From NCBI RefSeq assembly GCF_009914755.1, contig NC_060925.1: 64,000 nucleotides of DNA. One strand, 5' to 3'. The position numbers and the translations under genes were made by a program. Of the stretch, positions 13,578 through 33,060 are shown in pieces. The notes below the pieces were generated by a model, which did no database searches, was not told the origin of the DNA, and was given only the letters and a program-made list of their open reading frames with translations. Position 1 is the first letter of the stretch. Each line of letters begins with the position of its first letter. This DNA comes from the human T2T-CHM13v2.0 reference genome, Homo sapiens.

Positions 13578-14807
13578 CTATATAAATAAATTAAAATGGA
13601 GATTTTAAAGTATTTAGTACAATTCAGCACCACAGGAAAGGGAAAAATAAAAGAAGTATACAGTACAGTAAGAGGGAAAAAAGTTTCCTAAATCCAATTA
13701 TTCAAAAAGGATACAATGAAATAAAAATTTTAGGGCATAACACTTTCCTATTCTATAATTCCATGGTTCTATATTTGATACAAATGGTCCCTGACTTACA
13801 ATGGTTCAACTTACAATTTTTAGACTTTACGATGGATTTATCAGGGTATTTCGTTCATTTTCAACTTATCATATGTTTATGGGTTTATTAGGACACAATA
13901 CAATCATAAATCAAGGAACATCTGTACTTTCTAGGTATTATTGCTTATGGCACTTTTAACAATGGCAAAGATTACAGAAACGAGCCTCCTAATAGATTCT
14001 ACTTGAGCTCCTTTTCATGTCCTAAGATTCTTTCCTTGCCCTTAGCCAGTGATTATTAGCCAAGGCGTACATCTGAATCACTTGCGGAGCTTTTAAAATA
14101 CAGATTCCTGGGTCCCACACCACATGAAACCTATTGAATCAGAATTCTCCAGGGTTAATGCTAGGGCATATATTTGTTTTGTGTTTTAATGTTTCATTAG
14201 ATAATGCTGGTATGCAACCAAAGTTAAGGGGAATCAATGCTCTGGTCCTCTAAAACCAGCTTATGTGCTTTTTTGTATTCTCTGTAGTTGCTAGAAGTGT
14301 GCCTGGCTAGGAGGTCTACAGAAGATTTTGTTTATGATGAATCAGCCAAGTCAAAAGGTAATGGCAATGGAGGAGAAAAGTACATCCTTTTCTAGGTCTT
14401 ACAGATACATTCTCAGAGTCTGTTAGGTCTGCACTTTATTGGTGACTTAACATACACCTGATTATGAGCCATAAATTAGATTCTGGTCTTATGTTCACCT
14501 TCCACCCTAAAAAGTCCTTCTGCCCAGAATCAACTACCTCTATCTAGTACTAACACAGTCTCTCTCAGGCAGCACATGAGCTATTGGATAAGAGACAAAG
14601 GAAAAGGGAAAGGAGCAGATCTAGGACAAAGTGCAAAGGAAGGTGAAAAAGATAGGAGATAAAAAATAGAAAGACCTGTGACTAAAAATAATTTACTTAT
14701 TTTTATATACATCTAGGAAACTCCTTAAAGGCATTTCTGAATTAATGCCAGTAATATTTACAGCAGCACTCCTGGAATTAGAATAGTCTCTTAAGATGAC
14801 CACTTTG

Positions 14808-15220
<413 letters not shown>

Positions 15221-15615
15221 TTAACATTTTTAGAACTAGACAAAGCCATGCATGCCCTAGTAATAGTTGTGATTCATTATTAAAAGGCAACTTGTAGAAC
15301 TTGTACTTAAATATGACAGATTATTGAAGATTCAGGGGCAAACCCAAAGACATATACCTTTGAATTTTGCCATCATTCTAGCTAGTACTTTGAGCCTTTT
15401 TGATATTATTAAGAAATTCAAATGTCTCAAAATTGTAAAGGAACAAAGGGCAAAAACTAAGCACATGTAAGACTAATTTATGCATGGTTAAGGCATATTT
15501 GCTTTCCAGAATATTGAGTCCAAGATGAGCTGCTATTGCTGAAACAGCCCAATAGAGTGATTCTCTTCAAATAAGACAGAAACTTGATTCATGTTGCTAC
15601 AGAATTTTGCAATTA

Positions 15616-16303
<688 letters not shown>

Positions 16304-16354
16304 TCAATGCGCACCAAAATGTTTCCTGAATTCTGAGACCTAAAGAATGTGTTT

Positions 16355-16968
<614 letters not shown>

Positions 16969-16996
16969 ACTTTTTTTTAATTAAAAAAAAAAAAGA

Positions 16997-17286
16997 GGCC
17001 AAGTGCAGTGGCTCACACCTGTAATCCCAGCATTTTGGGAGGCCAAGGTGGGAGAATCACTTGAGGCCAGGAGTTCAAGACCAGCCTGGGCAATATAGAA
17101 AGACCCCGTCTCTACAAAAAGTAAAAAAATCAGCCTGGCATGATGGCACACGCCTATGGTCCTAGCTACTTGGTAGGCTGAGGCAGGAGGATTGCTTGAG
17201 CCCAAGAGGTCAAGGCTGCAGTGAGCCATGATTGTGCCACTGCACTCCATCCTGGGTGACAGAGCAAAACCTCGTCTAAAAAAAAA
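16997..17286 (+). mobile_element. AluJ
   Basis: Diverged Alu with J-type ggattgcttgagccc/ggctgcagtgagccatgatt. Confidence 0.85.
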
Positions 17287-17420
17287 GAAGAATGTGTTCC
17301 TGCATTTTCACATTCATTAAGGAAAAAACAAGCCACAGATTACTAAGGTCAGGATTACAAAGAAACAGTATATGGTAGTATATACTGTCCTAAGATTCTA
17401 TGTTACATATTTTTAAATTA

Positions 17421-20376
<2,956 letters not shown>

Positions 20377-21630
20377 TATATGTAATTGGTTACCATAACT
20401 TTTAACAAACCATATCCATGAAACAGTTTCTAAGAACTGCATGTTTCTAAGAATGCTGTGAAACAAGATTATATGTCAAACAATTAAACTACCTTATGTA
20501 TTACAGCACTTCTCAAACCCATTAATATAATTGTTGTTACAAATCTCCAAGAGGGGCGTACAGTATATAGTGTTTTTCTAAATATATTTGGCCATGGCAC
20601 ACGTGTGTATATTTTGCACACATGTGCATCTGTGTGTGTAATATTAACAGTTCCCAGGACAGACTAATATAAACACTGTTTAGGAAAGATAAGATTACAA
20701 TACACTCTAGTTTCACTAATAGGTATATACTTTCAGTTCCAAAGTTTAGAAAGCTCTACACTAAAGCTCTCTGTGGAGGCATACACATGTATATCAATTA
20801 TAATTTATGACATGTAGTGTGTTTGCAGTCATTTTTTTATAAATGGGTACCAGACCATTAATTAAGCATATAAATCCTTGCTGAACTTCACTTATATCAT
20901 TTTAGTACTCCTTTTAAAGTAACATAATCTGAAATAAATTCAAAGAGGATTTGTACTTAGATTTTTGAGCTGTGGAAGAGCCTTTATAATGCTAAAGGTA
21001 AATTATGAAAACTGTAACTTTTCTTTGCCATTTTGGTATAGCAATTCCTATTAAACACTACTTGACAGAATTGCTAATCACTTAGTGTATTTCTTCAGGT
21101 TTCCTTTATGTAATATTTTTGTAAGTTTTGACATTGCTTTATAATTTAATTATAAAATAAATTGAAAATGATAGTTTTTCCATTGTAAAGTCGATTATGA
21201 CACCTCTTCTGTTCTCAGCCTCATTCCTCCCTATGTAAGTCTCATCAGAATCTGTAGGCCACTTTGAAATGGAGGCTTTCAGAGATAGTAACTTATTTTG
21301 GCCCAAAACCCATTCAAAATCAACAGTCATCCTAACATAATTGTCAACTGTTACAGAAATCCTGTTTGTGATATGCACATTTTTATGGCATCATCTAAAT
21401 GACAAGTGGCCCAAGCAGAGTAGATTCACCATTAGCAAAACTCCAATTGCTCGCCAGGGAACTAAAGTTCCTGATTACAGATTCAAAGACAAGTTTACTC
21501 ATGTAAATAGCAGTCTGCATGTTATGCCCTAAAAGAAAACTGATAGAAATTCTTGATATCAAACATCTAATTATGAAAATAATTACAAAAACTAATAGAA
21601 TAAATGCTCATAACTTACGAAAAGTCTTAC

Positions 21631-21792
21631 TTTATAGTTATAATAAGGAGCCCGCTGATCTTTATCCCATAGGTTTCCAGAAATAGAACTATTTATTTGC
21701 TTCATGATCGTTTTGTAGGGCACCTGACGTCCTGCAGCGTCACTACAAGGAGCCCCCCGGAAAGGGACTTTTGCAATGGTACAAACATGATC
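21631..21792 (-). CDS. CTBS: CTBS exon 6 (DHVCTIAKVPFRGAPCSDAAG...PYYNYK)
   Basis: ttctag| and |gtaaga; 162 nt. Confidence 0.96.
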
Positions 21793-22108
21793 CTAGAAAT
21801 GCAAAAGTGCTCATGTTATATATTATCAATTATGCAATTCTTAAAAGCCAAACCAAAAATATATAAATTATTTAGAAATAAAACATATACCATAGAAAAC
21901 CTGACTATACAGAAAAAAGGTTAAAATAAATTTCATTATTAAATGAAAATGTATGATAATCATAAGCTTTCATAGAAGTAAAAATAAATAATTTTTATCT
22001 CAAACTATATTTCAGAGATTCTAAAGTTTATATATTTCTAATGAAAACAGAGAGACTCTAAAAAATATAATAGATAATAAAAATTATGTAACAAATGACT
22101 GTTCCTAC

Positions 22109-22206
22109 CTCAGACAGATTCAGGCAGGTATAATCATAACCATACCAAGGAACACCCATTACAAGTTTCTTAGGATTAATGCTCATCTTGATGTAGTCAT
22201 TATATC
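22109..22206 (-). CDS. CTBS: CTBS exon 5 (GYNDYIKMSINPKKLVMGVPWYGYDYTCLNLSE)
   Basis: actag| and |gtagga; GH18 KLVMGVPWYG motif. Confidence 0.96.
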
Positions 22207-23137
22207 CTAGTCAAGCAGGAGAGAAAAAGCATATTTGTTTCTCTTCATATGTCAATGTGTTCATACAAGCTATGCAACCGTTCAGAATCTGTTTGTAAAA
22301 ACAAGTACATTTATAAAAAACACTAATATTGTTTAATATGTTATAAAACATCCCTTAAGAACCATAAATTCTATATCTTGCTTTCTAAACCATTTCTCTT
22401 TGAATAGGAGAAAACATTCAAAACAATTAAGATCATACTGAAATAAAATATTCACAAAATCTAATTCTAGGAAGAATGACACATTTCAGGAAAGTATGCT
22501 AATTATATCTATTAATTCTAAGATATGATATACTTGATACTCTAGATTCTAAAGTTTCAAAAAAGTTTTATAAATCTTAACTTTCTAGCAGTGATGGTCT
22601 CAGAGTTTCTTAGAAAGTACAAGTGTTCCATGTTTTGCAAATATTCTGTAAGTAAGCTGGGGATAAGAAATGTGTCATCTATAGTGGGAGGAAACAAAGA
22701 GAAAAATGAACAAATCCCTGGAACTATCAGTCCTTTTCTTGCCCAATGCTGCAAAACATGTTTTTCCACCAAGACATATTCACAGATTACCTAGAATGTT
22801 CAGCTAAAAAACTTTATTACTTTTTAGAGCCTTTAATGTTATTATGTACTATTAAATAACCAAAAATGGGGTGGGGTATGTATCAGTTCCCAAACATATT
22901 GGTTTATTTAGTTTGGTTGTTGATTTATTTATGATACAAAGTATCCCTATGTTGCTCAGGCTGGCTTGAACTTCGGCCTCATGTGATCTTCCCACCTCAG
23001 CCTCCCAAGGCTTGAACCTTTTATTGATAGAACATAATTATAATGTCTTTCCTGAAACACAGTTTGGGAACCCTCAATTAATAATTACTTCGTAATTTTA
23101 ACAGAATAAGTTATTTTTCAACTTTAAATAGGTATGT

Positions 23138-23598
<461 letters not shown>

Positions 23599-24214
23599 AA
23601 AAGAACAAGCAATCTTTTATTTAGTTGACTGATGGAATACAAACCAATCCAAACTTTGAAGAGGATAATGCAAAGCCTACATCAAATGAATGACAGGTCA
23701 AAAGGACTCAAATTCTAATAGGAATATAATTTTTAATTTATCACAGATACTAAAAGAAGTTAATGCCTATCCTATTAATCATGCAATGAAGGTGCCCAAC
23801 CATATCTATCTTTGCTATTATTTAACACTGGTTATTTCAACAAAAATATCCTGTCAAATTCTAGATAAGCATGTGATTTCATGACAAGAATATCAGACCA
23901 GAAATGAGAATACCTGATTAAGCCCCAACTATATAATACTTAATAGTTATGCAATCATGAGCAGTTAATTCTTTTTATCTCATCTAGAAATATACCTATA
24001 CCACAAGATTGTTGGAAGAATTAAGTGAAAATCAAAACTTTAAAACTTTTTGTAAACTTTAAAGCTTTCAATTAAGTGATTTTTACATGTTTGAAGCAAG
24101 CCTTACAATTGAAAAACGTATACATATAACTTAGAAATACTAAAAACATCTTAATATTTTAATTTATAGAATATTATTAATATTATTAATAAATGACCAT
24201 GTTTAGAGTCTTAC

Positions 24215-24386
24215 CAGTTAATGTCTGATTATAGGGAGCATTGGCTGCTGCAATACATTCTGACCAGATCTGACTTTGTTCATCATAAGACATCACAAAG
24301 AGGAAGTCACAAGCATCTGCGATTCCAGTATAATTATAGCATCTTCTGTCTATGTTCTTTGGAGACCAAGCTACATCAAAGGTTAC
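24215..24386 (-). CDS. CTBS: CTBS exon 4 (VTFDVAWSPKNIDRRCYNYTGIADACDFLFVMSYDEQ...)
   Basis: ccacag| and |gtaaga; GH18 VMSYD motif. Confidence 0.96.
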
Positions 24387-24995
24387 CTGTGGAAAAAAAT
24401 CTTACTATTTTATGTAATATGATCACGTGTGCATATTACGTCAGATTTTTAAAATTATATATATTTTTTACCTTATACTACACAAGGAAAAGGAACTGCT
24501 TACAGTATATGAATGTAGGGTTTGACACACATAGAACTTGAACCATTCTAAGAAATATTTTTTGCTTACACTTGACTGAGTCAGACATATATTTGGACAT
24601 ACAATGACCAGGAGCAAGACACTATATAGAAGATGGCCTTCAAACTCAAAATGTCTTCAAACGCTAGGCTGGTACCTCAGCTGATTAAAAGAAGCAGGTA
24701 TAATGACAACAGGGTATGGTGATGCCCCTGAGCAACTAGAGAGTAAAGGCACACTAAAAGAATTCAAATACAAAAGTTTTTAAAATATTGTGCAGGTTAA
24801 ATATGTCACCTGTTGGCACAACCTGACTGGGTTGGGAGTTTCAGCCTGATTCACAATCACCTTATATGGTAGATTTGGCCCAATATTACAGTTAAGACAA
24901 TAGTGGTGTCTTACGGCCTACAGGTATAGATTAATCAAGTCAAAATGTTGAATAAATCATTTAAATGATCTTATTTTACGGAAATATTCAAATAA

Positions 24996-25303
<308 letters not shown>

Positions 25304-26993
25304 TTATCTTTCATTTTGAATAGTGAGCCAGCCTTCAACAAGAATGTGTCTCTTTATGTTTATTGCCTTAACCAAATATTAATTAGCCTTATTTTATACA
25401 TGTACAAATGTTCTAAAACTTCATTAAAGGTTGTTTTCCCCCCTTAATTAGGCACTCAATAAACACTGATTATTTTAAAAACTGAGATACTTTAGGTAAC
25501 ATTTTTATACTTTGAACAATTTATTCTAGCAAAACTCTTTTTAGGACTTCTTCAAAGTTCCCTTTATAATTCCGTGAATATTAGCACTTTATAATTATAA
25601 GCTTTGCTCAGTAGTTTTCCAACAAAATAAGTTATGAAATAAAATTATTACATATTTGTTCCTATTTTATCACTGCCTCTTATTACAAAATGAGAGGTAT
25701 ATTATAGTAATAGAGAAAAATAAATGACTACCTCTAAGCAAGTAAATTTCCAATCCATTTTGTAAGAGTGTTTTCACCAGGATTTTCTCTCACAGTTAAT
25801 CTCATATTTTTGAGATGGTACTATTATTATATTAGACAAGAAAGCAAAAGACTTGGGTGCTAGTGTCAGCTATCTTATAGTTAGGTCTGTATCACTGCTA
25901 AGTCAATTAAAGCATCTGAATTTTTCCCATCTATAAAAATGAGGGTGTAGAAAGAACTCTTCAAGGCATTTATTTGTAGCTCTTTAATTCTGTGACCACA
26001 ATTCTGTAAACCAAAGTTATTATCTTATTCCCAAAACTCATTCCCCCCTCTAGATTATCTAGTCATTTTTTGTTGGTTACCAGTTTAAAAACCTTGGGGC
26101 CATTTTCTGATTCTTTCTTCCCTTACTTCCAAAATCTAACCTCACGTCTCCCTTTGGGTGGCATCTCACAGTTGTTCTGCCCCTTCCTTTCCATTAATTA
26201 ATTCATTTAATATGTATTTATTGTACACCTGCTGATTTAGGATTATGTCATCATCCAAATCCAAACTAAATCCCTTGATACTGTATTGTTCAGTTAGCAG
26301 TCCTTACTCATCTTCCTTTCTCATCTAGTTTTACATACTCCTACAGAATAGTTTCCCCAAACACTATTTTACACACATAACCCATTACACACAGAATAAA
26401 ATGCACAGTCCTCAGCCTGACATTCTGGATCTTCCACAATCTGGCCTACCTTTGCAACTGTCCCTCCCACTAATTCACCTAACATGAACTTGACATGTAG
26501 CCCAAATTGTTCTCCTCACCTCTCAAGAGACAGAAAGAGATATTCCTACTGCAAGGATTTTGCTCAATCTCTTCCTCTCTGCTCTTTCACTACAGCTTAA
26601 TCAGGATTGTCAAATAGGTTGTTTCCCATATATTCCACACATCAATTCTAACCTATTAGTAATCACTATCTAGAGAATGAAGGAAAAGTTTCTGAGGCCA
26701 AAATGTGTGAGGAGGAGAAGGGGTATTGTGGCCTGTATGCCAGGTATTTGCTGTTCTTAATCTACATTGTACTCTCCTGACAAGTTGAATTCCATACTGA
26801 CAGATCTTCCCTATTTGCATAAAACCACAGAAATGTCAGTCGTCATATTGCTTATTATTTTACCAGTAATTCTCAAATTATTTTACCTGTAATTTTCAAA
26901 TTCATGATGACCAACTCTACCAGAATCACCTAGGACACTTGGCAAAAATACAGTTCTCTAAGCTCTATCCCAGACCTACTGAGTCAATCTCAG

Positions 26994-27392
26994 TGATATG
27001 GTTTGGATCTGTGTCCCCGCCCAAATCTCATGTTGAATCGTAATCCCCAATGTTGGAGGTAGGGCCTGGTAGGAGGTAACTGGATTACAGGGGCAGATTT
27101 CCCCCTCCAGTGCTGTTCTCGTGATAGAGTTCTCACAAGATCTGATTGTTTAAAAGTGTGTGGCACCTCCCCACCCTCTCTCTTTCTCCTTCTCTGGCTG
27201 TTTGAAGTGCTGATCCCGCTTTGCCTTCCACCATGACTGTAAGTTTTCCTGAGGCCTCCCAAAAGCCAAGCAGATGTCAGCATTATGCTTCCTGTATAGC
27301 CTGCAGAACCGTGAGCCAATTAAACCTATTGTCTTTATAAATTACCCAGTCTCAGGTATTTCTTTATAGCAATGTGAGAACAAACTAATACA
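26994..27392 (+). mobile_element. MaLR solo LTR (MST-like)
   Basis: tgatatggtttgg...actaataca; 5-bp TSD CTCAG. Confidence 0.88.
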
Positions 27393-28304
27393 CTCAGGAT
27401 ATTTTAAACAAGCACTCTCAGGTAATTCTGAGACAGGTTTAGGAATCACTGGTTTATAATACTCATAATGCTCTATACTGGAATACATTTTTAAGCATTC
27501 TGTTAGATATCAAGGAGCTGCACCCCGTCTTCAAAAAAACTCATTGTCTAGCCTATTACTTCTTAACTATAATCACCAATGAAACTTTTTTAAAATTGGG
27601 GGCTCTGGGATTACCCAAAACCTTTTGAAAAATCATTTCTGGGAGTGAGTTCACAGTGTGCATGTGTGTGGAAAAGTAAACACATGCTTACTTTTCCTTA
27701 AGACCTATGGTTATCTTGATATGTGGCCAAGTTTGAGGATCACTGATCTGGGTTCACATTATCCTCTGTTACCCATCTGTTGTCTGGCAAGATAGCTTGT
27801 GTTGTTACCTTCTGCTCTAATCATGTTCATTATGGCAGTGGGGAAGCACACTGCCTATTGTTATAGCTGTCACAGTTCTGTGTAGTTAGTCCTTTAAGCT
27901 TTACTGGGCCTTGGGTGCAAGTAATTCAGAGACTGTAGAGCAAGTGATACACTTCCCCAGAACTACCTCTACTCCTGGGTTGTTTCTGTCCTGCATTGGT
28001 AAAAGCTGGTTAGGCGCCCCCCTTGATTTTTGTTCTCCCATTGCCTAACACTTCTAACTGTGCTACAAGGCAAGTAGTGGGGGTAATCCCAGTGTTGTAT
28101 TTTGCTGTGAATAGAGAATAGATTTAGGGCTTTAAAATTCCTTAAATAAGAACACCAAAGGCTCCAGAAAAATTTTTTAGGAAATAAGTGCTGAAACTCT
28201 TTCCCATTGCATTACTATAAAACAAAGATTATATTAGTTATACCCTCATGAGTATATTCTGATATGGAAAATATGAGGTTTCCAAAAAATAAATGAGTTT
28301 TTAC

Positions 28305-28513
28305 CTGTGATCCCTCAATTTCACGATGGAAAGAGTCTGTAGTTTCTTTGACTAAAGCAGTTAATGCATCATATTCAGGTGATAAACAATTAACTTCTTG
28401 CTCTATATCTATATTAATTCCATCCATATATTGTGTTTTGGCCAAATTAAGTTTTTGAGCTATCCAGGATGCTCTGAAAGCAGGATCAATGATATCCTTT
28501 AAGGATACATCTC
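28305..28513 (-). CDS. CTBS: CTBS exon 3 with catalytic motif DGINIDIE
   Basis: ccacag| and |gtaaaa; 209 nt, in frame. Confidence 0.97.
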
Positions 28514-28955
28514 CTGTGGAAGAAGTATATATCTTTTGAACATGTATGCAAAAACATTTCATTATTTTGGAAGACTAAGCCCTTAACTGAAGTTTTCCAA
28601 TGGAGAAAGAATATACCAAAGTAACAGAAAGCCATTACTCATGAATCTCCAAAATAACCATTATAAATCATTAGTAAAATTGTTCTGAAGTTAGAAACAG
28701 AAATTGTGGACTATGATTAAGTAAAGGTCATAAGGCTAATTTGGCAGTTAACATTTTGCTCAAAACCATACAGTGGTTTAATTCTTTTAAAAAGATCTGT
28801 GTTTGTGAAATGAATTACACAGTATCTAAGATTAATTATAGGATCCTAACAAAAACAGATAAACATAAAAGGACTTTTTTGGAAAGTCGGGACTATAGCA
28901 AGTGATACAGATAAATTTCCCAATTGCTGCACACATAGATCTGGAAACAACATAC

Positions 28956-29094
28956 CTTTAAGTACTACTCTGGCTCCTTTTGAATGAGCGTAGCACATAA
29001 GTTCTGAGTCATATTTTCCAAATGTTGCCACAGTTGTAATCTGTGACCAATCATAAGATTTCCAAGTTTTCTGTCCAACATCAAACACAAAGAC
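28956..29094 (-). CDS. CTBS: CTBS exon 2 (VFVFDVGQKTWKSYDWSQITTVATFG...)
   Basis: tggcag| and |gtatgt; 139 nt. Confidence 0.97.
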
Positions 29095-29199
29095 CTGCCA
29101 GAACAAAGATGAGCACCATCATTTAAACCAAGAATATTATGCTGACCGTCCAAAATACCGTTCATCAAACATCACCATACACCAAACACTATGGTGGCA

Positions 29200-30560
29200 G
29201 TGAGAGTACAAGTGCATAAGACATAGGGGTCCCAAGATAATTGGTGGCAGGGGTAATTAGCCAGGCTGGGAAAGAGGGGAAGGATGGGCCAGGAAGGAAG
29301 AGTGGCAAGTGCCAAGGCCTGGAGGCAGAGACAACATGGTGGTTGCGTAACTAAATATTTAGTATGGCCGACGTCTAGAATTTGGGGAGAGAGCATTAGT
29401 GAAGGACCAGAGAGTAGTAGGCATGGATTAAATCATGAAAGGCCTCATAAGCTCTGTTGAGAAGTTAGTACTACCTTGTTTATCCTGAGGTAAAGGGAGA
29501 GAATAAAAGCATTTTTAAAAGGGGAAGGTATGCATTTTAGAAAAATATTTTCAGCTGCAGTGGGAAAAGGATTAAAGAGACACCAAAACTGGAGGCAGAA
29601 TACAGAAACTGTTGGAGGAATCCAAGTAAGAGATGATGGTGACCTCAACTAAAATTGTGGAGCAGTGGCGTTAAGTGAACAGATCTGGAAGATCCTAAGG
29701 AGGCAAAATTGACAGGACTTTGTGACTAATCGAATGAGTAATCAAAGGAGAGAAGTCTGATAATACTCAAGTTTCTGGCTACTGCAGATGGAGCCATAAA
29801 TACATTTACTGTTTTTTGTTTGTTTGGTGAAGCTAGCTTCTTAGAATAGTACCTAGGTCAAATTCTAAGGCACCTGATGTTGTGTTTCTCTGATATTTTC
29901 TTCCCACAGTTAATTCAAGAAGCACAGAAGCCTCACTGATTATTTTTATTTTATTCCAAGGCATTAATTCATTGATTTGGCAAATATTTATTGAATTTCC
30001 AATAAGGTACAAGGAGAGTATTTTGCTAGGCTCTAAGGAGATAAAGATTAATGAGAGAGACCAGGTCCAGTAAGGAGTTAACTACTTAATTACAATGGTA
30101 TTAAGGACTGTAGGGGTTACAGGGGGCCACGCCAGCATATAAAGGGGACCTGCTAGCCAGATGGTGCACGAAAACTTTTCTGAGGACTACACACTTTCGG
30201 AGTGGGCTGAAATCAGCAGAATGATGGAAGAGATATACCTATGGACAAAAGATTGCATTCTCAACTGAGGGAAGGGAAAGCCCAAAGGTCGCTACACCTC
30301 AGGAGAATTCTGAGATTCTGGAACTGAAAAAGGTCAATGTAGGTAGAGCACAGAAATCCTGCAAGTATGTGGAACTGGATAAAACCTTTAAAGTCGGTAG
30401 TGGAAAGATTAAGTAGGACTTCCAAGACCACTGAAGATGTTGTATTTTATCTTGGGATCAGTGGGAATCAATTAGAGTTTTAATTCAGGGGATATGCATT
30501 ACAAAAGAGATCACTGGGTCCTTGTGAGGGGAATGAATGAGGGAGAGACAGTGGGGATAG
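29200..30560 (-). mobile_element. L2 fragments
   Basis: Degenerate L2 purine-rich body and 3'-end motif; approximate limits. Confidence 0.5.
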
Positions 30561-31036
30561 CAGCTGTAAAAGTTAAACCAGGCATTTCTTAATTTTTTTT
30601 AATTTTTTTTAACTTTTCAGAATTAATTATGCATAACTCATTTTTTCTGCTAAGCAATTGCCTACTGAAATAATAAAAATTCATAATGTGAAATTAAGTG
30701 GCCCATTGTTTTCTGACTCATATTTCTATCAAAACTTCTATTTTAGTTCTGATAATTAAGATTCTATTTGTTTAAAAAATACTAAGAGCCTGTGATATAA
30801 CAGATATCCTTAAAAAAAAAAAAAGCTGGGTGAACTAATTGAAAATATAAGGGGAAAATGCCATGTAGTCTAGTTTTTGTGTTTGAAAAACATAGAAAAC
30901 GCCAGTAGAGAAAAAGACCATTTACCATGAAGATACAAATAAGCATAATTTTGCTTCTTTGAATAGTTGGTTTTCAAAGTGCCCACAGATATTGCCTAAC
31001 CCACTAAGTATTGGGTACTACAGTAAATCTTTCAGG

Positions 31037-31320
31037 TTTTTTTTTTTTCTCTTTTTTGAGACATAGTCTTGCTCTGTCGCCCAGGCTGGAGTGCAGTGGC
31101 GTGATCTTGGCTAACTGCAACCTTCCGCCTCCCGCTCCGCCTCCCAGGTTCAAGCGGTTCTCCTGCCTCAGCCTCCCAAGTAGTTCGGATTACATGTGCC
31201 CGCCACCACGCCCAGCTAATTTTTGTATTTTTAGTAGAGACGGGGTTTCACCATGTTGGCCAGGCTGTTCTCGAATTCCTGACCTCAAGTGATCCACCCA
31301 CCTTGGCCTCACAAAGTGCT
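31037..31320 (-). mobile_element. AluS
   Basis: Alu consensus, reverse. Confidence 0.88.
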
Positions 31321-31439
31321 TCTCAATCTCAAAAAGAGATTGAGAAAATTAAGAAATGTCTGGTTGAACTTTTACAGCTACTGTCCCCACTGCCTCTACC
31401 ACCGCGCTGGGCCTCAGATTGTATAAAACATTTTAATTG

Positions 31440-31780
31440 GGAGGCCATTATGCTGAAACAGCTCCAACTGCCTTGGATTTCCTGCTTAAGCAAACTCCAG
31501 CCCAAGGTCAACAGTGAAAGGAAACTTAAGCTTAACCTATCAGAAACTGCCAACTAACCTCTAACTAGTAATTTTCCACCAAGTCATAGCTAAATAAGGC
31601 AAACAGTCATAGCCAACCAAGTAATTATTTTCCTTTGCTTCCCTGTTCGGCCTATAAAAGCCCATGCTACTAAAGCAGACCTCTCTGAACCCCTTCTGGT
31701 TTAAGTACTGCCGATTCATAAGTTGTTCTTTGCTCAAATAAAAAAGGTTATCCTACTTTGTCTGAAGTCTTTCTTTTAAT
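31440..31780 (+). mobile_element. Probable ERV solo LTR
   Basis: LTR-like layout: ccaa boxes, TATAAAAG, ctcaaataaa; family not assigned. Confidence 0.5.
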
Positions 31781-32499
31781 AAGATGTTAGGTTTCCACAC
31801 TAGGCAGGTTCTCCATAAACACTTTCACCATTTTTATTTCTTCTCCTAAGTCATGTATATATACTTTTTTACTGGCATCTAAGTGTTCTGCCTCAGATTA
31901 ATGTACTAGATTAAGAACTAGGAATCATGCCTATTTCTACAAAAGAATCGTTCTTTGAATTAAGCCTTTGGACCTTCCTGATGTCATCCAATTCCTGCTT
32001 TCAGTCATCGAAGTGGGCAGTCAGGTGGTTTTAATATTGCTCCAGAAGGTGTTTGATTAAAGTTGCCAGAAGCCTTACAAATTGTTATGTAGATAGAAGG
32101 AAAATGTACTGAAAGCTATTTTTTTTACCACTCTTCATGGGTGGTTTTGAGGTACTTTAAAGGAAAGGGCTAGCAGGTATAGAAAACTAAAGGTAAGCAA
32201 AATACTCTGCATTCTAATGTACTGTTGGAGTGCTGAGATTCTTTCAAACGAAATCCTCGTTCCTTGGAAACATAAATGGATTATCCTACCTTGTTTGCTT
32301 TTTACACCCAGAGTGCTTCCGCAGAGGCACAGCAGGGGAATGAAAGGAGCTTGCCTTAGGAGGCAGATCTGGTTTGAACTCTCGCCTGCCTACGCAGGCA
32401 CTTACAGGCTGTGAGGCCTGAGGAGTTACTCAACTTCTCTGAGCCCGAGCTTCCTCATCTATAAATTGAAGGATCCGTAAACAGGAAGGCCCTCATCGA

Positions 32500-33060
32500 G
32501 TGGTCAAAGCTGGTTTCGGCGCCCACGGCACCTCTCCTTAGGGCTCCGTTCTACCCTAACTTCTCTTCGTGCCCTGAAGCCCAGACCTAGAGGAGCAGAG
32601 GAAGGCGCTGACCTCGAAATCTGGATGGTGGCGAATCGGGCGGCAGAGCTCAGGCTCCGGGCATGGGCAGTCGGTCCCGGCCGCGAGCCGCAGCGCCAGC
32701 AGCGCCAGCAGCGCCAGCAGCGCTAGACCCGGGACGCCGCTCGGCGGGCTAGAGACGAGGCGCCAGCGTCGAAGCTGCGGCCGGGACATAGCAGCAGGTC
32801 TAGCGGGCCGGAGTGGGTTCCTACCGCCTGGGTGGGCGGGGCCTGCTGCGCGTCGGGGCAGGAAGGGGCGGGGAGAGTCGGGAAGGGCGGGGAGGGGCGG
32901 GAGGGGCGGGGCTCCGGGGCGGGCGTGGGAGGTCGGGCTTCGAGCGTCCCCGGGCGCTACAGGTGGGTGAAGTTAAGTGGCTGCTGGAGCGTCTCGGGGG
33001 ACAGCCAGTGTCTGCGGCGCCGAGAGGGCCGTTCGTGGACTCAAATGGGTATCACCCCTA
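32500..33060. promoter_or_regulatory. CTBS CpG island / TATA-less promoter with GC boxes
   Basis: High GC and CpG density around exon 1; several GGGCGG boxes at about 32834-32925. Confidence 0.9.
32613..32789 (-). CDS. CTBS: CTBS exon 1: di-N-acetylchitobiase (lysosomal GH18) signal peptide and N-terminus
   Basis: MSRPQLRRWRLVSS...LALLALLALLALRLAAG...PDFE, |gtcagc donor; seven exons splice to 385 aa. Confidence 0.97.

Noticed and set aside
23625-23693. Short ORF LTDGIQTNPNFEEDNAKPTSNE* after a + strand acceptor as extra SPATA1 coding exon
   Set aside because: The preceding exon ends in TAG in that frame; kept only as a candidate acceptor.
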